Origin: an uncultured Acidimicrobiales bacterium
Lineage (GTDB): Bacteria > Actinomycetota > Acidimicrobiia > Acidimicrobiales > SHLQ01
NCBI GenBank assembly: GCA_964517125.1
Contig: CAZFBD010000001.1
Span: forward strand, 157,790-221,789
Direction: 5' to 3'
Length of the DNA: 64,000 nucleotides
This document shows positions 36,260-46,211 of this stretch, piece by piece. A program made the translations under genes and the position numbers. How positions within the stretch are numbered: the stretch's first letter is position 1; every line of letters begins with the position of its first letter. The notes beneath the pieces are model-generated. The model had not been told where the DNA came from, ran no database searches, and was given only the letters and a program-made list of their open reading frames with translations.

Positions 36260-37102
36260 ATGTACGAGCCAATCCCACCTCCGCCCCCCGTCCTGAGCGT
36301 GGAAGAGCCGCTGAAGCCATCGCGCTCGCGGCCGGTGTTCATCGGGTTGGCATGTCTGGCTGCCGTGGCAGTGCTCGCTGCGGTCCTCCTGGTGGATCGA
36401 ACGGCCACGGAGCCCGAACCGCCCCTGACCCGAGCCGAGCTGGACGACGCACTGGGCTCTGCGTTTGCCACCACCACGCCTCCTCCGCCCCTCGCTGCAG
36501 CCGTGTACAACGCCGCCGTGCCGTCACTGGTATTCATCCAGACCGAGGGAGGCGACGACGGCGGAGCCAACCTCGGTGTCGGCTCCGGCGTCGTCGTCAA
36601 CGCCGACGGCCTCATCCTGACGGCGCACCACGTCGTCGAGGGCGCGTCGCGCATCATGGTCACCTTCTCCGACGGATCGTCCTCCGAGGCCCGAATCGAC
36701 AGCGCCGAACCGGAACGAGACATCGCCACGCTCATCGCTTCGCAGAATCCGTCGATCATCGTTCCAGCCACACTCGGCGGAGGGGTGAGCATCGGCCAGG
36801 ACGTGTATGCGCTCGGCAATCCGCTGGGTCTTGCCGGCTCCATCACCGAAGGCGTCGTCAGTGGCCTCGATCGGTCGCTTCCGCTCGAAGACGGCTCGGG
36901 ATCCCTCGAAGGGCTCATTCAAATGGACGCTGCAGTGAACCCGGGCAGTTCCGGCGGCCCGCTGCTCGACCGCGGCGCTCGGGTTGTCGGAATCGTGACC
37001 GCCCTGGTGAACCCCGACGGCGAAGACTCATTCACCGGCATCGGCTTCGCCGTGCCCATCCAGGATGCTGCCGGCGGGGGCGCCGGCGCACCACCGCAGT
37101 AA
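36260..37102 (+). CDS. Membrane-anchored trypsin-like (HtrA/S1C) serine protease lacking PDZ
   Basis: GSGVV, LTAHHVV, DIA, ALGNPLG, AAVNPGSSGGPL; N-terminal TM segment. Confidence 0.88.
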   Translation: MYEPIPPPPPVLSVEEPLKPSRSRPVFIGLACLAAVAVLAAVLLVDRTATEPEPPLTRAELDDALGSAFATTTPPPPLAAAVYNAAVPSLVFIQTEGGDDGGANLGVGSGVVVNADGLILTAHHVVEGASRIMVTFSDGSSSEARIDSAEPERDIATLIASQNPSIIVPATLGGGVSIGQDVYALGNPLGLAGSITEGVVSGLDRSLPLEDGSGSLEGLIQMDAAVNPGSSGGPLLDRGARVVGIVTALVNPDGEDSFTGIGFAVPIQDAAGGGAGAPPQ

Positions 37103-37124
37103 CCACCGACGACAGGATTCCACC

Positions 37125-38132
37125 ATGGAACAACAGCCATCCCCGTCCAAACCAATGGAGCAGGTGCTCTATGAGGTGAAGAAGGTCATCGTTGGCCAGG
37201 ACATCTTGTTGGAACAACTCATCGTGGCGCTTCTGGCCCGCGGGCACGTGCTCGTCGAAGGTGTGCCCGGCCTCGCCAAGACGCTCGCCATCAAGTCGCT
37301 TGCTGAAGCGATTGGCGGTCGGTTCCAGCGCATCTCCTTCACTCCCGATCTGGTGCCCGCCGACCTCATCGGTACCCGCATCTACAACCAGAAGAGCGGC
37401 GAGTTCGAGACCTCGCTTGGCCCGGTGTTCACCAACCTGCTCCTCGCGGACGAGATCAACCGCGCTCCCGCCAAGGTGCAGAGTGCCCTGCTCGAGGTGA
37501 TGCAGGAGCGTCAGGTGACCATCGGTACGACCACCCACAAGGTCCCGTCGCCGTTTCTTGTGCTCGCGACCCAGAACCCGATCGAATCCGAGGGCACCTA
37601 CCCCCTGCCCGAGGCGCAGCTCGACCGGTTCATGATGAAGGTGCTGGTCGGGTACCCGACCTCAACCGAAGAGTTCGTGATCGTCGAACGCATGACGACG
37701 ATCGTCGAGGCCGTCCAGAAGGTCATCTCCATCGACGAGCTTGCGGCCCTTCAGGCGAAGGTCGATACCACCTACGTGGATCCGGCTCTGATCGACTACG
37801 CGGTCCGGCTCGTGGGCGCCACGCGTAACCCCGCAGCCATCGGACAACCGCAGCTCGCGCCGTACATCACCCACGGCGCCTCGCCACGTGCGTCGATCAA
37901 TCTGATTCTCACGGCGAAGGCGCTCGCCCACGTCCGTGGTCGCGAGTATGCGCTACCCCAGGATGTCCGGGACCTGGCGCTCGATGTCATGCGCCACAGG
38001 CTCGTCCTGTCCTACGAAGCGCTCGCCGATGAGATCACCGCCGACCAGATACTTGGACAGATCCTTTCTGTCGTACCCGTCCCCGAAGTTCCTCTCCATG
38101 ACCGCGCCGCCGTCCACCCCGCTCAGTCCTGA
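37125..38132 (+). CDS. moxR: MoxR family AAA+ ATPase
   Basis: GHVLVEGVPGLAKT, FTPDLVPAD, ADEINRAPAKVQSALLE, ATQNPIE, LDRF. Confidence 0.92.
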   Translation: MEQQPSPSKPMEQVLYEVKKVIVGQDILLEQLIVALLARGHVLVEGVPGLAKTLAIKSLAEAIGGRFQRISFTPDLVPADLIGTRIYNQKSGEFETSLGPVFTNLLLADEINRAPAKVQSALLEVMQERQVTIGTTTHKVPSPFLVLATQNPIESEGTYPLPEAQLDRFMMKVLVGYPTSTEEFVIVERMTTIVEAVQKVISIDELAALQAKVDTTYVDPALIDYAVRLVGATRNPAAIGQPQLAPYITHGASPRASINLILTAKALAHVRGREYALPQDVRDLALDVMRHRLVLSYEALADEITADQILGQILSVVPVPEVPLHDRAAVHPAQS

Positions 38133-38997
38133 GAAGGTCCTGCAACGAATCGACTGGCGCATCCTTCGTCGGCTCGACGGCCTGTTGCAGGGGAACCATC
38201 GGACGCTCTACACGGGCGTCGGCACCGACTTCAATGACCTGCGCGAGTATCAACCCGACGACGATGTGCGCCACATCGACTGGAACGTCACCGCACGTAT
38301 GGACCGGCCGTATGTGCGGCAGTACCTGGAAGACCGCGAGCTGTCGGCGTGGTTCCTGATCGACCGTTCACCATCGATGTCGTTCGGATCCCCGGGCCGG
38401 CCCAAGGAGCTCGTACTCGCCGAATTGGTCGGATCGTTGGCGAGACTCATCACCCGCGACGGCAACCGGGTTGGCGCCATCCTCTTCGACAACACCCATG
38501 ACCGCACGATTCCGCCCAGGAGCACCCGCAACCAGGTGCTTCTCCTCGCTCGGGAGCTGCTTCGGACTCCCGCACCATCACAGGCGACGACCGATCTTTC
38601 CGAGCTGCTTTCCACGGCACTGCTTTCGATTCGGCGTCGTTCACTGGTGTTCGTCGTTTCCGACTTCATCTCCGAGCCCGGGTGGGAGAAGCCGCTTCGG
38701 CTTCTGGCCCGCAAGCACGAGGTGATCGCGATTCGTGTCAGCGATCCATCGGAGAAGCAGCTGCCCGATGCCGGCACCGTTGTCCTGCAGGACGTGGAAA
38801 CCGGCGCCCAGATGACCGTGAACACGGCCGATCCGGAGCTTCGGCGTCGCTACGCCGAAGCGGCCGTTCGGCGCTCCGACGAGTTGACTGCCGCCATGAG
38901 CCGCTCTGGAATCGACCTGTTCGAGGTCTCCACCGACGAGGACCTCGTCGATGCACTGATCCGAATGGCCCGCCGTCGGAAGCGCGTCGTGCGCTGA
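38098..38997 (+). CDS. DUF58 domain protein
   Basis: DFNDLREYQPDDDVRHIDWNVTAR, DRSPSM, VVSDF. Confidence 0.9.
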   Translation: MTAPPSTPLSPEKVLQRIDWRILRRLDGLLQGNHRTLYTGVGTDFNDLREYQPDDDVRHIDWNVTARMDRPYVRQYLEDRELSAWFLIDRSPSMSFGSPGRPKELVLAELVGSLARLITRDGNRVGAILFDNTHDRTIPPRSTRNQVLLLARELLRTPAPSQATTDLSELLSTALLSIRRRSLVFVVSDFISEPGWEKPLRLLARKHEVIAIRVSDPSEKQLPDAGTVVLQDVETGAQMTVNTADPELRRRYAEAAVRRSDELTAAMSRSGIDLFEVSTDEDLVDALIRMARRRKRVVR

Positions 38998-39980
38998 TGT
39001 CCTTTCTTGCAGCTCCCCTGCTGTTGCTTCTTGTGACGGTGCCACTGGCCGGTCTCGCCTTCGTCCTGCTCCAACGGCGCCGGACGGCCGAACAGGCCGC
39101 AGGTCCGCTCGGCACGTTCACCGACGAGGCCGGCTCGACGCTTGGGCGACGGCGCTTCCTGCCATTCCTGTTGTTCCTCGGTGGCCTGACGTTGCTCCTG
39201 ATCGGCCTGGCTCGCCCAGAAGCCGACATCGATCTTCCTCGCGTGGAGGGCACGGCGATCCTTGCCTTCGATGTCTCGAACAGCATGCTCGCCACCGATC
39301 TCGAACCCACACGGATGGACGCGGCCAAGGCCGCCGCCCACCTGTTTGTCGACAACCAGCCGTCCACGGTTCGCGTGGGAATCGTCACCTTCAACGACGG
39401 TGGCAACATCACGCAGACGCCAACCGGCGACAAGGCGGCGTTGCATGCGGCCATCGACCGGCTCCGGCCCGACGGTGGCACATCGCTGCCGCAGGGCATC
39501 TTCAGCTCGCTGAATGCCATTTCGGGTGCCCCACTGCCCATTCCCGAGGGCGGGCTCGAAGACGTGGGGAGCGCCGATATCGGATACTTCGGATCGGGCG
39601 TGATCGTGCTCCTCTCCGACGGTGAGCAGACCGAGGAGATCGATGCGGCCGCCGTCACCCAACTCGCAGCGAACGCTGGTGTTCGGGTGTTCACGGTCGG
39701 CATTGGGAGCGTCGACGGGACCGTCGTCGAGCTCGATGGCTTCAATCTGTCCACGTCGCTCGACGAGGAGCCGCTGCAGGACATTGCGAACGCCACCGAT
39801 GGTCAGTACTTCCGGGCGACGTCCGATGCGGACCTCACCGAGATCTACGACACGATCGATCTGGAGCTCACCGTCCGAGGCGAAACGGTCGAGATCACCA
39901 GTCTGTTCGCTGCCGCCGGCGCGATTCTCCTTCTCGCCGGGGCGATGGTGTCAATGCGACTGTTTGGGAGGATGCCATGA
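38997..39980 (+). CDS. VWA domain membrane protein (BatA-like)
   Basis: N-terminal TMs, LARP, MIDAS DVSNSM, LLSDG, VFTVGIG, C-terminal TM. Confidence 0.88.
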   Translation: MSFLAAPLLLLLVTVPLAGLAFVLLQRRRTAEQAAGPLGTFTDEAGSTLGRRRFLPFLLFLGGLTLLLIGLARPEADIDLPRVEGTAILAFDVSNSMLATDLEPTRMDAAKAAAHLFVDNQPSTVRVGIVTFNDGGNITQTPTGDKAALHAAIDRLRPDGGTSLPQGIFSSLNAISGAPLPIPEGGLEDVGSADIGYFGSGVIVLLSDGEQTEEIDAAAVTQLAANAGVRVFTVGIGSVDGTVVELDGFNLSTSLDEEPLQDIANATDGQYFRATSDADLTEIYDTIDLELTVRGETVEITSLFAAAGAILLLAGAMVSMRLFGRMP

Positions 39981-41041
39981 CCTTCGCCTGGCCCTGGGTC
40001 CTCATTTCGCTGGCTGTCCTGCCACTGCTCATTGCGCTCTACGTCTGGTGGCAGCGGCGTCGTCGCCGGTATGCGGTCGATTTCGCCAGCCTGTCGCTGT
40101 TGCGGGACGTCATCCCGCGTCGATCGAAACTGAAACAACACCTGCCGTTCGGCCTGCTGCTCGCCGCGTTGGCGTGCCTGGCCGTTGCGTCGGCACGCCC
40201 CCAGGCAGTCGTGCAGGTGCCGCTCAGCCGCACGTCGATCGTACTTGCACTCGATGTGTCCCGGTCCATGTGCTCGATCGACGTTTCCCCAAATCGTCTC
40301 TCCGTGGCCCAGGACGCAGCTCGGCAGTTCGTCGAGACGCAGGCGGATGGCACGCAGCTTGGCATCGTCACCTTCGGTGGCTCGGCTGCGATCAACGTCT
40401 CTCCCACCGATGACAAGGAACAGCTCGACTCCGCTCTTGAGACCCTGACCACCTCACTCGGTACGGCGATCGGCAGCGCCACGCTCAAGTCGATCGACGC
40501 CATCGCCGCAACCAATCCTGCAGTGACTCAGGTTGGCGAAGACCTCATCGTTCGCGAGGACAACGACCCCGTTCCCGACATCATCGTGCTCCTGACCGAC
40601 GGAGCGAACAGCGCCGGCGTCGACCCGATTCTTGCGGCGGAGGAAGCAGCGGCTCGTGGTGTGCGGGTCTTCACGATCGGCTTCGGCACGAACGAGATCG
40701 CCGACATGGTCTGCACCATTGAGCAGTTGGGCAGCGATGCCTTCGATCCCGAGTTCGGCATGCGTTTCCGGGGCGGTGGGTTCAGCGAACGCGAGCTCGA
40801 AGACCTTCGCCCGTTCCTGGTGCTCGATGAGGTGACGCTCACGGCAATCGCCGACATGACCGGTGGTGAGTACTACCGAGCCGAGGACGCCAGTGCGCTC
40901 ACCGAGATCTTCCAGAGCCTGCCGACCCGCATCGAACTCCAGGAGGAGGAACGGGAGATCGGCAATTGGTTCGTCGCTCTCGGGGCGCTTCTGGCAAGTC
41001 TGGCGATGGGGCTCTCGATTCTCTGGAACCGCAACCCCTGA
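39977..41041 (+). CDS. VWA domain membrane protein (BatA/BatB-like)
   Basis: MTFAWP, SARP, MIDAS DVSRSM, LLTDG, VFTIGFG, C-terminal TM. Confidence 0.88.
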   Translation: MTFAWPWVLISLAVLPLLIALYVWWQRRRRRYAVDFASLSLLRDVIPRRSKLKQHLPFGLLLAALACLAVASARPQAVVQVPLSRTSIVLALDVSRSMCSIDVSPNRLSVAQDAARQFVETQADGTQLGIVTFGGSAAINVSPTDDKEQLDSALETLTTSLGTAIGSATLKSIDAIAATNPAVTQVGEDLIVREDNDPVPDIIVLLTDGANSAGVDPILAAEEAAARGVRVFTIGFGTNEIADMVCTIEQLGSDAFDPEFGMRFRGGGFSERELEDLRPFLVLDEVTLTAIADMTGGEYYRAEDASALTEIFQSLPTRIELQEEEREIGNWFVALGALLASLAMGLSILWNRNP

Positions 41042-41045
41042 GCGA

Positions 41046-41762
41046 TCAGCCCAACCGATCTCGTGCTTCTCGCCAAAAACCGGCGGCCACCTGTACCGGA
41101 TCCTGATCGGCGGGAAAGTCGGATGCCCGCAGGACGGCTCCGGTGAACGAGGGCGCGTTCCACGACGGGTCCTCGGCATCGACACCGATCCGGTCGGGCC
41201 ACCAGATGGACAGGTACAGGTAGGGCTCGTCGATGCCGCCATCGCCTGGCGATGCGCCGTAGCTACCGCGGTGGTCTTCGTCCCCGACCTCGATCGCTGG
41301 ATCGAAGTGGCCAGGCCAGAGCTGTGGTTCGGACGCATCGACCGACGCGTCGTCGGCACGTACCTGCTCAAGAGCTTGGAACGCCATTGCGAACCATGCG
41401 CCGAGCCATTCGGACGCTGCAGCGTCGATTCCGAGGTCGGCCTCGGTATCGCCGACCGCAGGCGAATCGTGCTCAGAGGCGGTCTCGGAGTCGATGTCGA
41501 CCCCGAGGAAGTTCGCTGCCGCAGAAAGACTTCCGATCTGGTGCGTCCGACTCGTTCCTGCGGTCTCGTCGATGAGTTGCGGTCCTTCGACCCGGATTCG
41601 GCGGCCATCGAATTCGGGTGTGCCGAAACCACCCGGTGTGGACCGAAGACCGAACCGACCAGTGGCGGCATGACGCACAGGAGCGATGACGTACGTGGCG
41701 AGACGATGCAACGCCAGCCTCGTGGACGTCAGGGTGGCGGGCGGTGTTGCTAGGGCTTCCAT
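41046..41762 (-). CDS. Hypothetical protein (WPxHFD motif, possibly DUF5996-like)
   Basis: GGAGG SD; TRLALHRLA, PGGFGTP, QLWPGHFD, GASPGD, EPYLY. Confidence 0.6.
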   Translation of the reverse strand: MEALATPPATLTSTRLALHRLATYVIAPVRHAATGRFGLRSTPGGFGTPEFDGRRIRVEGPQLIDETAGTSRTHQIGSLSAAANFLGVDIDSETASEHDSPAVGDTEADLGIDAAASEWLGAWFAMAFQALEQVRADDASVDASEPQLWPGHFDPAIEVGDEDHRGSYGASPGDGGIDEPYLYLSIWWPDRIGVDAEDPSWNAPSFTGAVLRASDFPADQDPVQVAAGFWREARDRLG

Positions 41763-41773
41763 GTTGGGCCTCC

Positions 41774-43738
41774 TCAGACCAGTAGTGCGTCGGTGACGAT
41801 CTCGACCAGGGCCGGGCCCTCGTGGGCGAGTGCAGACGAGATTGCGTCATCGAGCTGGGAAAGCTCCGTGACGCGAATACCCCGAACGCCACACAGCTCG
41901 GCCATCTGGGCGAAATCGGGGTTCAGGAGCCCGGTCTGCCAGACCTGCCATTCGGCGGCTCGCTGTTCCTTCGAGATCTTTCCGAGTTCGCCGTTGTTCA
42001 ACAACACATGGGTCACGTTCATGTTGTACTTCGCCAGCGTCGTGAGCTCCATGGCGTACTGCCCGAACCCGCCGTCGCCACTGACACTCACGACCTGTCG
42101 GGACTCGCCGACTGCCGCCCAGGCTCCCATTGCAGCTGGGAGGGAGAAACCAATGGAGCCGAGATAGCCCGACATGAGTACATCGTGCTCGCCGGACACC
42201 TCGAAGTACCGGCCGAACGAGTAGGTGTTGTTGCCGACATCGACGGCGATGACCGCCGACGGATCGATCGCGTCACCGAGGCTCGCCATCACGGCGGCAG
42301 CACCGATGCCATGGCCAGCATCATCGATCACTCGGGCAGCCTTCTCGGCTCGCCAGATTGACCATCGGTCTTCGAGTTCTTCGCGCAGGTCGTGGCACGC
42401 CACGCTCTCCGGGAGCTGGTCGAGCAGCTGCTTCGCGGTCACGCCCACGTGGCCCTGCAGGCCGATGTCGACCGAGTGGAAGCGTCCCAGCGCCATGGGG
42501 TCCGTGTCGACCTGAACGGTGGGCTTGTAGTCGGCGATTCCGGTGTGGTTTGCGAAGCTGGCGCCGAACACGACCAGCAGGTCGCTTTCGTTCATGAACC
42601 AACTTGCCACTGGCGTGCCGGACCGGCCCATCACCCCACATCCGAGCGGGTGGGCATCGCCGATCAGGCCCTTGCCTTTGAACGTGGTGGCAACGGGTGC
42701 ACCGAGGCGGTCGGCGAGTGCGATCACCTCGGCCATCTTCCCGCGGGCACCGTTTCCGACCACAACCATGGGACGTTCCGCAGCCGCAATCATGTCGATC
42801 GCCCGTTGGAGATCGTCGACCGGCGGCGAGATCTGATTCGAGCCGGTGCGTCCGTCGGGCCCGCCTGGTGCTGCACTCCCATCGACGGGCATGTGCTGGA
42901 TCTCGTCGGGAAAGATGAGGTGGGCGACGTCTCGCTCGACGATTGCCGTCTTCATGGCAAGGGTTGCCAGCTCGGCATGGTTGGAGTCGGCGTGCACGGT
43001 CTCGGAGAACCGCGCAACCCCGCTGAAGGCGGCCTCGAGGTCGGTGTCCTGGAACGCTCCCCGGCCCTTGACGCTGGACGGAACCTGCCCGCTGATGGCA
43101 AGGACGGGCGCCCGGTCCTCCTTTGCGTCGTAGAGCCCGGTGAGCAGGTTGGTGGAACCAGGGCCAGCGATGCCAAAGCACCCGGCGACTCCCCCGGTCA
43201 GTTTCCCGTATGCGGTTGCGGCGAAGGCGGCTGCGCCCTCGTGGCGAACACCAACAAACGTGAGCTCACCCCGTTCTTCGGCCTTGCGCATGGCGTCGGC
43301 GAAACCCAGGTTCGAGTGGCCGACAATGCCGAAGACGTGGGAGAGGCCCCAATTGATCATCGTCTCGACCACGACGTCGGACACCGTCCGTTCCACGGGC
43401 TTCTCGCCAGGAAGGGCAACCCAGACGCCGTCGTCGCGAACGTCGGTTTCGAAACAGGCCGGCGCATCACTGAAGCCCCCCGGCGGCTGGCCGGTGAGCG
43501 GCGAGTAGTCGTATCCGTGCCATGGGCAGCGAAGCCAGCCGTTCTCGATCGAGCCCTCGCCCAAGGGCCCACCCTGATGCGGGCACGCGTTGTCGACACA
43601 ACCGAACTGCCCGTCGTAGTGACTCACCGCAAAAGTGCGCGTCCCGACGGCAACGGTCTTGACCCGACCCTCATCGAGCTCGCCCGGATCCAGAATGTGA
43701 TGCCATTCGGTGTGGTCGTCGTTGCTGGTCTCGGTCAC
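41774..43738 (-). CDS. Rieske [2Fe-2S]-fused thiamine diphosphate enzyme (pyruvate oxidase/ALS-like)
   Basis: CPHQGG...CPWHG Rieske ligands; RHEGAAAF, GPGSTN, GDGG...NN ThDP motif. Start GTG 43738 with GGGGGA SD-like sequence. Confidence 0.88.
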   Translation of the reverse strand: MTETSNDDHTEWHHILDPGELDEGRVKTVAVGTRTFAVSHYDGQFGCVDNACPHQGGPLGEGSIENGWLRCPWHGYDYSPLTGQPPGGFSDAPACFETDVRDDGVWVALPGEKPVERTVSDVVVETMINWGLSHVFGIVGHSNLGFADAMRKAEERGELTFVGVRHEGAAAFAATAYGKLTGGVAGCFGIAGPGSTNLLTGLYDAKEDRAPVLAISGQVPSSVKGRGAFQDTDLEAAFSGVARFSETVHADSNHAELATLAMKTAIVERDVAHLIFPDEIQHMPVDGSAAPGGPDGRTGSNQISPPVDDLQRAIDMIAAAERPMVVVGNGARGKMAEVIALADRLGAPVATTFKGKGLIGDAHPLGCGVMGRSGTPVASWFMNESDLLVVFGASFANHTGIADYKPTVQVDTDPMALGRFHSVDIGLQGHVGVTAKQLLDQLPESVACHDLREELEDRWSIWRAEKAARVIDDAGHGIGAAAVMASLGDAIDPSAVIAVDVGNNTYSFGRYFEVSGEHDVLMSGYLGSIGFSLPAAMGAWAAVGESRQVVSVSGDGGFGQYAMELTTLAKYNMNVTHVLLNNGELGKISKEQRAAEWQVWQTGLLNPDFAQMAELCGVRGIRVTELSQLDDAISSALAHEGPALVEIVTDALLV

Positions 43739-43842
43739 GTCATCCCCCACTGCTTTCACGCCCGGCGGCGTGTGCGGTGGAACCCCCACGGTGTTCCCCG
43801 CATTCCGTTTCGCCATCATGTCACCCGGGTACGATTCCGAAC

Positions 43843-44898
43843 GTGACAGAGACGCTTGACCTTCCACTTCCCGACGACTGGCACGTGCATCTCCGCGACG
43901 ACGAGATGCTGGCAGCGGTCACCGGCTACACCGCACGGCGCTTCCGCTACGCAATGATCATGCCGAACCTGGCCACGCCCCTCACGACCACGGCTGCCGC
44001 CTCCGCCTACCGCGATCGCATCCTCGCCAACGTGCCGGCCGACGCACCAGACTTCCGGCCACTCATGACGCTGTACTGCTCGAGCCTGCTCGACCTGGCC
44101 GACGTCCGAGCTGGAATCGACTCCGGCCTGATTGCGGCGATCAAGTACTACCCCGCCGGAGCCACGACGAACTCCGAAGCCGGTGGAGCGTCGATGCTCG
44201 ACTTCATGTCGGTGTACGAACTGCTGGCGGAGACCGGTACGCGGTTGCTCGTCCACGCCGAATCCACCGACCCAACGATCGACATCTTCGCCCGTGAAGA
44301 AGCGTTCCTTCAGGATCAGCTCTCGGTGCTGTGCGACCGCGTCCCCGAACTTCGCGTCACCGTGGAACATGTGTCGACCCGGGCCGGGGTGGACTTCGTG
44401 TCCGCACATTCCGGCACCGCAGCGACGATCACCCCGCACCACCTGTCGCGCGAACGGTCGGACCTGTTGTCAGACGGTATGCGACCAGACCTGTACTGCA
44501 AGCCGGTCATCAACTCGGCCGACGACCGAAGCGCCCTGCTCGCAGCTGCCACCAGCGGCGACCCGGCGTTCTGCCTTGGGACCGATTCTGCGCCGCATCC
44601 GACCACCGCGAAGTATGGGCCCAAGGCCAAGGCTGGGGTCTTCAATGCCGCGTACGGCCTGGAGGTCGTGGCCGAGGCGTTCTACCAGGCCGGAGCGCTC
44701 GCCCAGCTCCCTGCGTTCGCGTCCGGGAACGGCGCAGCCATCTACGGCGTCGACCCCCCACAGCACGTGCTGAAGCTCCGTCGCGAGCCCGTCGACACGG
44801 AGCTGGCCACATCGTTCACCACGTCAGCAGGCGACGAAGTTGTGCTCTTCGGCAGCGAAGAAGCGGTGCTGTGGTCTGTTGGCACGCCACAGTCCTGA
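43843..44898 (+). CDS. pyrC: Dihydroorotase (E. coli-like type II)
   Basis: DDWHVHLRD, IMPNL, KYYPAGATTNS, EHVST, YCKP, GTDSAPH. Confidence 0.88.
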   Translation: MTETLDLPLPDDWHVHLRDDEMLAAVTGYTARRFRYAMIMPNLATPLTTTAAASAYRDRILANVPADAPDFRPLMTLYCSSLLDLADVRAGIDSGLIAAIKYYPAGATTNSEAGGASMLDFMSVYELLAETGTRLLVHAESTDPTIDIFAREEAFLQDQLSVLCDRVPELRVTVEHVSTRAGVDFVSAHSGTAATITPHHLSRERSDLLSDGMRPDLYCKPVINSADDRSALLAAATSGDPAFCLGTDSAPHPTTAKYGPKAKAGVFNAAYGLEVVAEAFYQAGALAQLPAFASGNGAAIYGVDPPQHVLKLRREPVDTELATSFTTSAGDEVVLFGSEEAVLWSVGTPQS

Positions 44899-44900
44899 AA

Positions 44901-44945
44901 ACCAGAACAGGTCCGCAACCGAAGTCACGGACCTGCTGCACTGGT
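44901..44945. terminator. Stem-loop between convergent pyrC and ADH genes
   Basis: CAGGTCCG-N12-CGGACCTG with outer ACCAG/CTGGT arms. Confidence 0.5.
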
Positions 44946-44960
44946 CGGTTGTGAGCTCGC

Positions 44961-46088
44961 TCAGTCGAAGAGCAGCACGCCGCGGATGTTCTCGCCGTTG
45001 CGCATGGCCTCGTAGCCCTCGTTGATTTCATCGAGCGTGTAGGTCTTGGTGACCAGGTCGTCGAGGTTGAGCTGTCCCTGGATGTAGAGCTCGAACAGCT
45101 TGGGAATGTCCTTGCGGATGTTGGCTGACCCGAACAGCGAGCCAACGAGCTGCTTCTCCATCATCGTGAGCATGATGGCCGGAATGGCAATGCTGGCTTC
45201 GCCAGTGGAGTGCAGGTTGGTCACCACGATCTTCGAGCGCTTGCCACCCAGATTGAAGGCCTCGCCCAGGCTGTCGCCGTCGCCGGTGCCCATGGTCATG
45301 ATGACCTTGTCGTAGCCGCGGTCCCACGTGACCTCACCAAGCGCGGCCTGGGCATCGGCCATGGAGGCAAAGGCGTGCGTTGCTCCGAAGGCCATGGCCT
45401 TTTCCCGCTTGAACTCCACCGGATCGATTGCAACGACGGCGCGAGCGCCGGCCATCTTGGCGCCCTGGATTGCGTTGGAGCCGATGCCTCCGCAACCGAC
45501 GACTGCCACGTACTCACCGGGCTGGACATCGGCGGCGTAGACGGCGGAGCCCCAGCCCGTGACGACACCACAACCGAGCAGACAGGCTTTGTCGAGCGGC
45601 CAGTCCTTGTCGATCTTCACCACGCTGGCCTCGTTGACCACCGTGTGTTCGGAGAACGTGCCCAGCAGGCACATGAGACCCAGGTCCTGGCCGTCGAGGG
45701 TGTGATGGCGAGACGTGCCGTCGAGCGCCTGGGTGCCCTCGGTGAACGTGGCGAGCATGTCGCACAGGTTGGAGTGGCCACCGGCGCACTCGGGGCAGCG
45801 GCCGCAGGCCGGGATGAAGCCGAACACCACATGGTCGCCGGGTTCCAGGCCGTAGACACCCTCGCCCACCTCCTGGACAACACCGGAGCCCTCGTGTCCG
45901 CCGATCATGGGCGGCCCGGGGACGAGTCCAGCGATATGGCCGTCGTAGGCATGCTCATCGGAGTGGCACATGCCCGATGCGAACATCTTCACCAGAACCT
46001 CGCCCCGCTTGGGAGGATCGAGTTCGATCTCCTCAACGCTCCACGGCGTGTTCAGGTCCCGCAGAATGGCGGCTCTCGTCCTCATCAT
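44961..46088 (-). CDS. Zn-dependent alcohol dehydrogenase, NDMA-dependent (nicotinoprotein) type
   Basis: GMCHSD, GHEGSG, CGRCPEC...C, LLGCGVVTGWGSAV, LFGSAN, GENIRG; AAGGAG SD. Confidence 0.85.
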   Translation of the reverse strand: MMRTRAAILRDLNTPWSVEEIELDPPKRGEVLVKMFASGMCHSDEHAYDGHIAGLVPGPPMIGGHEGSGVVQEVGEGVYGLEPGDHVVFGFIPACGRCPECAGGHSNLCDMLATFTEGTQALDGTSRHHTLDGQDLGLMCLLGTFSEHTVVNEASVVKIDKDWPLDKACLLGCGVVTGWGSAVYAADVQPGEYVAVVGCGGIGSNAIQGAKMAGARAVVAIDPVEFKREKAMAFGATHAFASMADAQAALGEVTWDRGYDKVIMTMGTGDGDSLGEAFNLGGKRSKIVVTNLHSTGEASIAIPAIMLTMMEKQLVGSLFGSANIRKDIPKLFELYIQGQLNLDDLVTKTYTLDEINEGYEAMRNGENIRGVLLFD

Positions 46089-46110
46089 GTCTCCTTGTGT
46101 GATCCGGTGG

Positions 46111-46155
46111 TGTGACGACCATAACACCACACCTCTGATCGTGCCCTTCGTCACA
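46111..46155. promoter_or_regulatory. Two CRP/GlxR-like sites in a divergent promoter
   Basis: TGTGA-CGACCA-TAACA (46111-46126) and CGTGC-CCTTCG-TCACA (46140-46155) versus consensus TGTGA-N6-TCACA. Confidence 0.45.
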
Positions 46156-46211
46156 ATCGCTGAGGATCGACATGGGCAGCCCCGTTGGTCGATGCGCTAC
46201 CGTCGCAGTCC

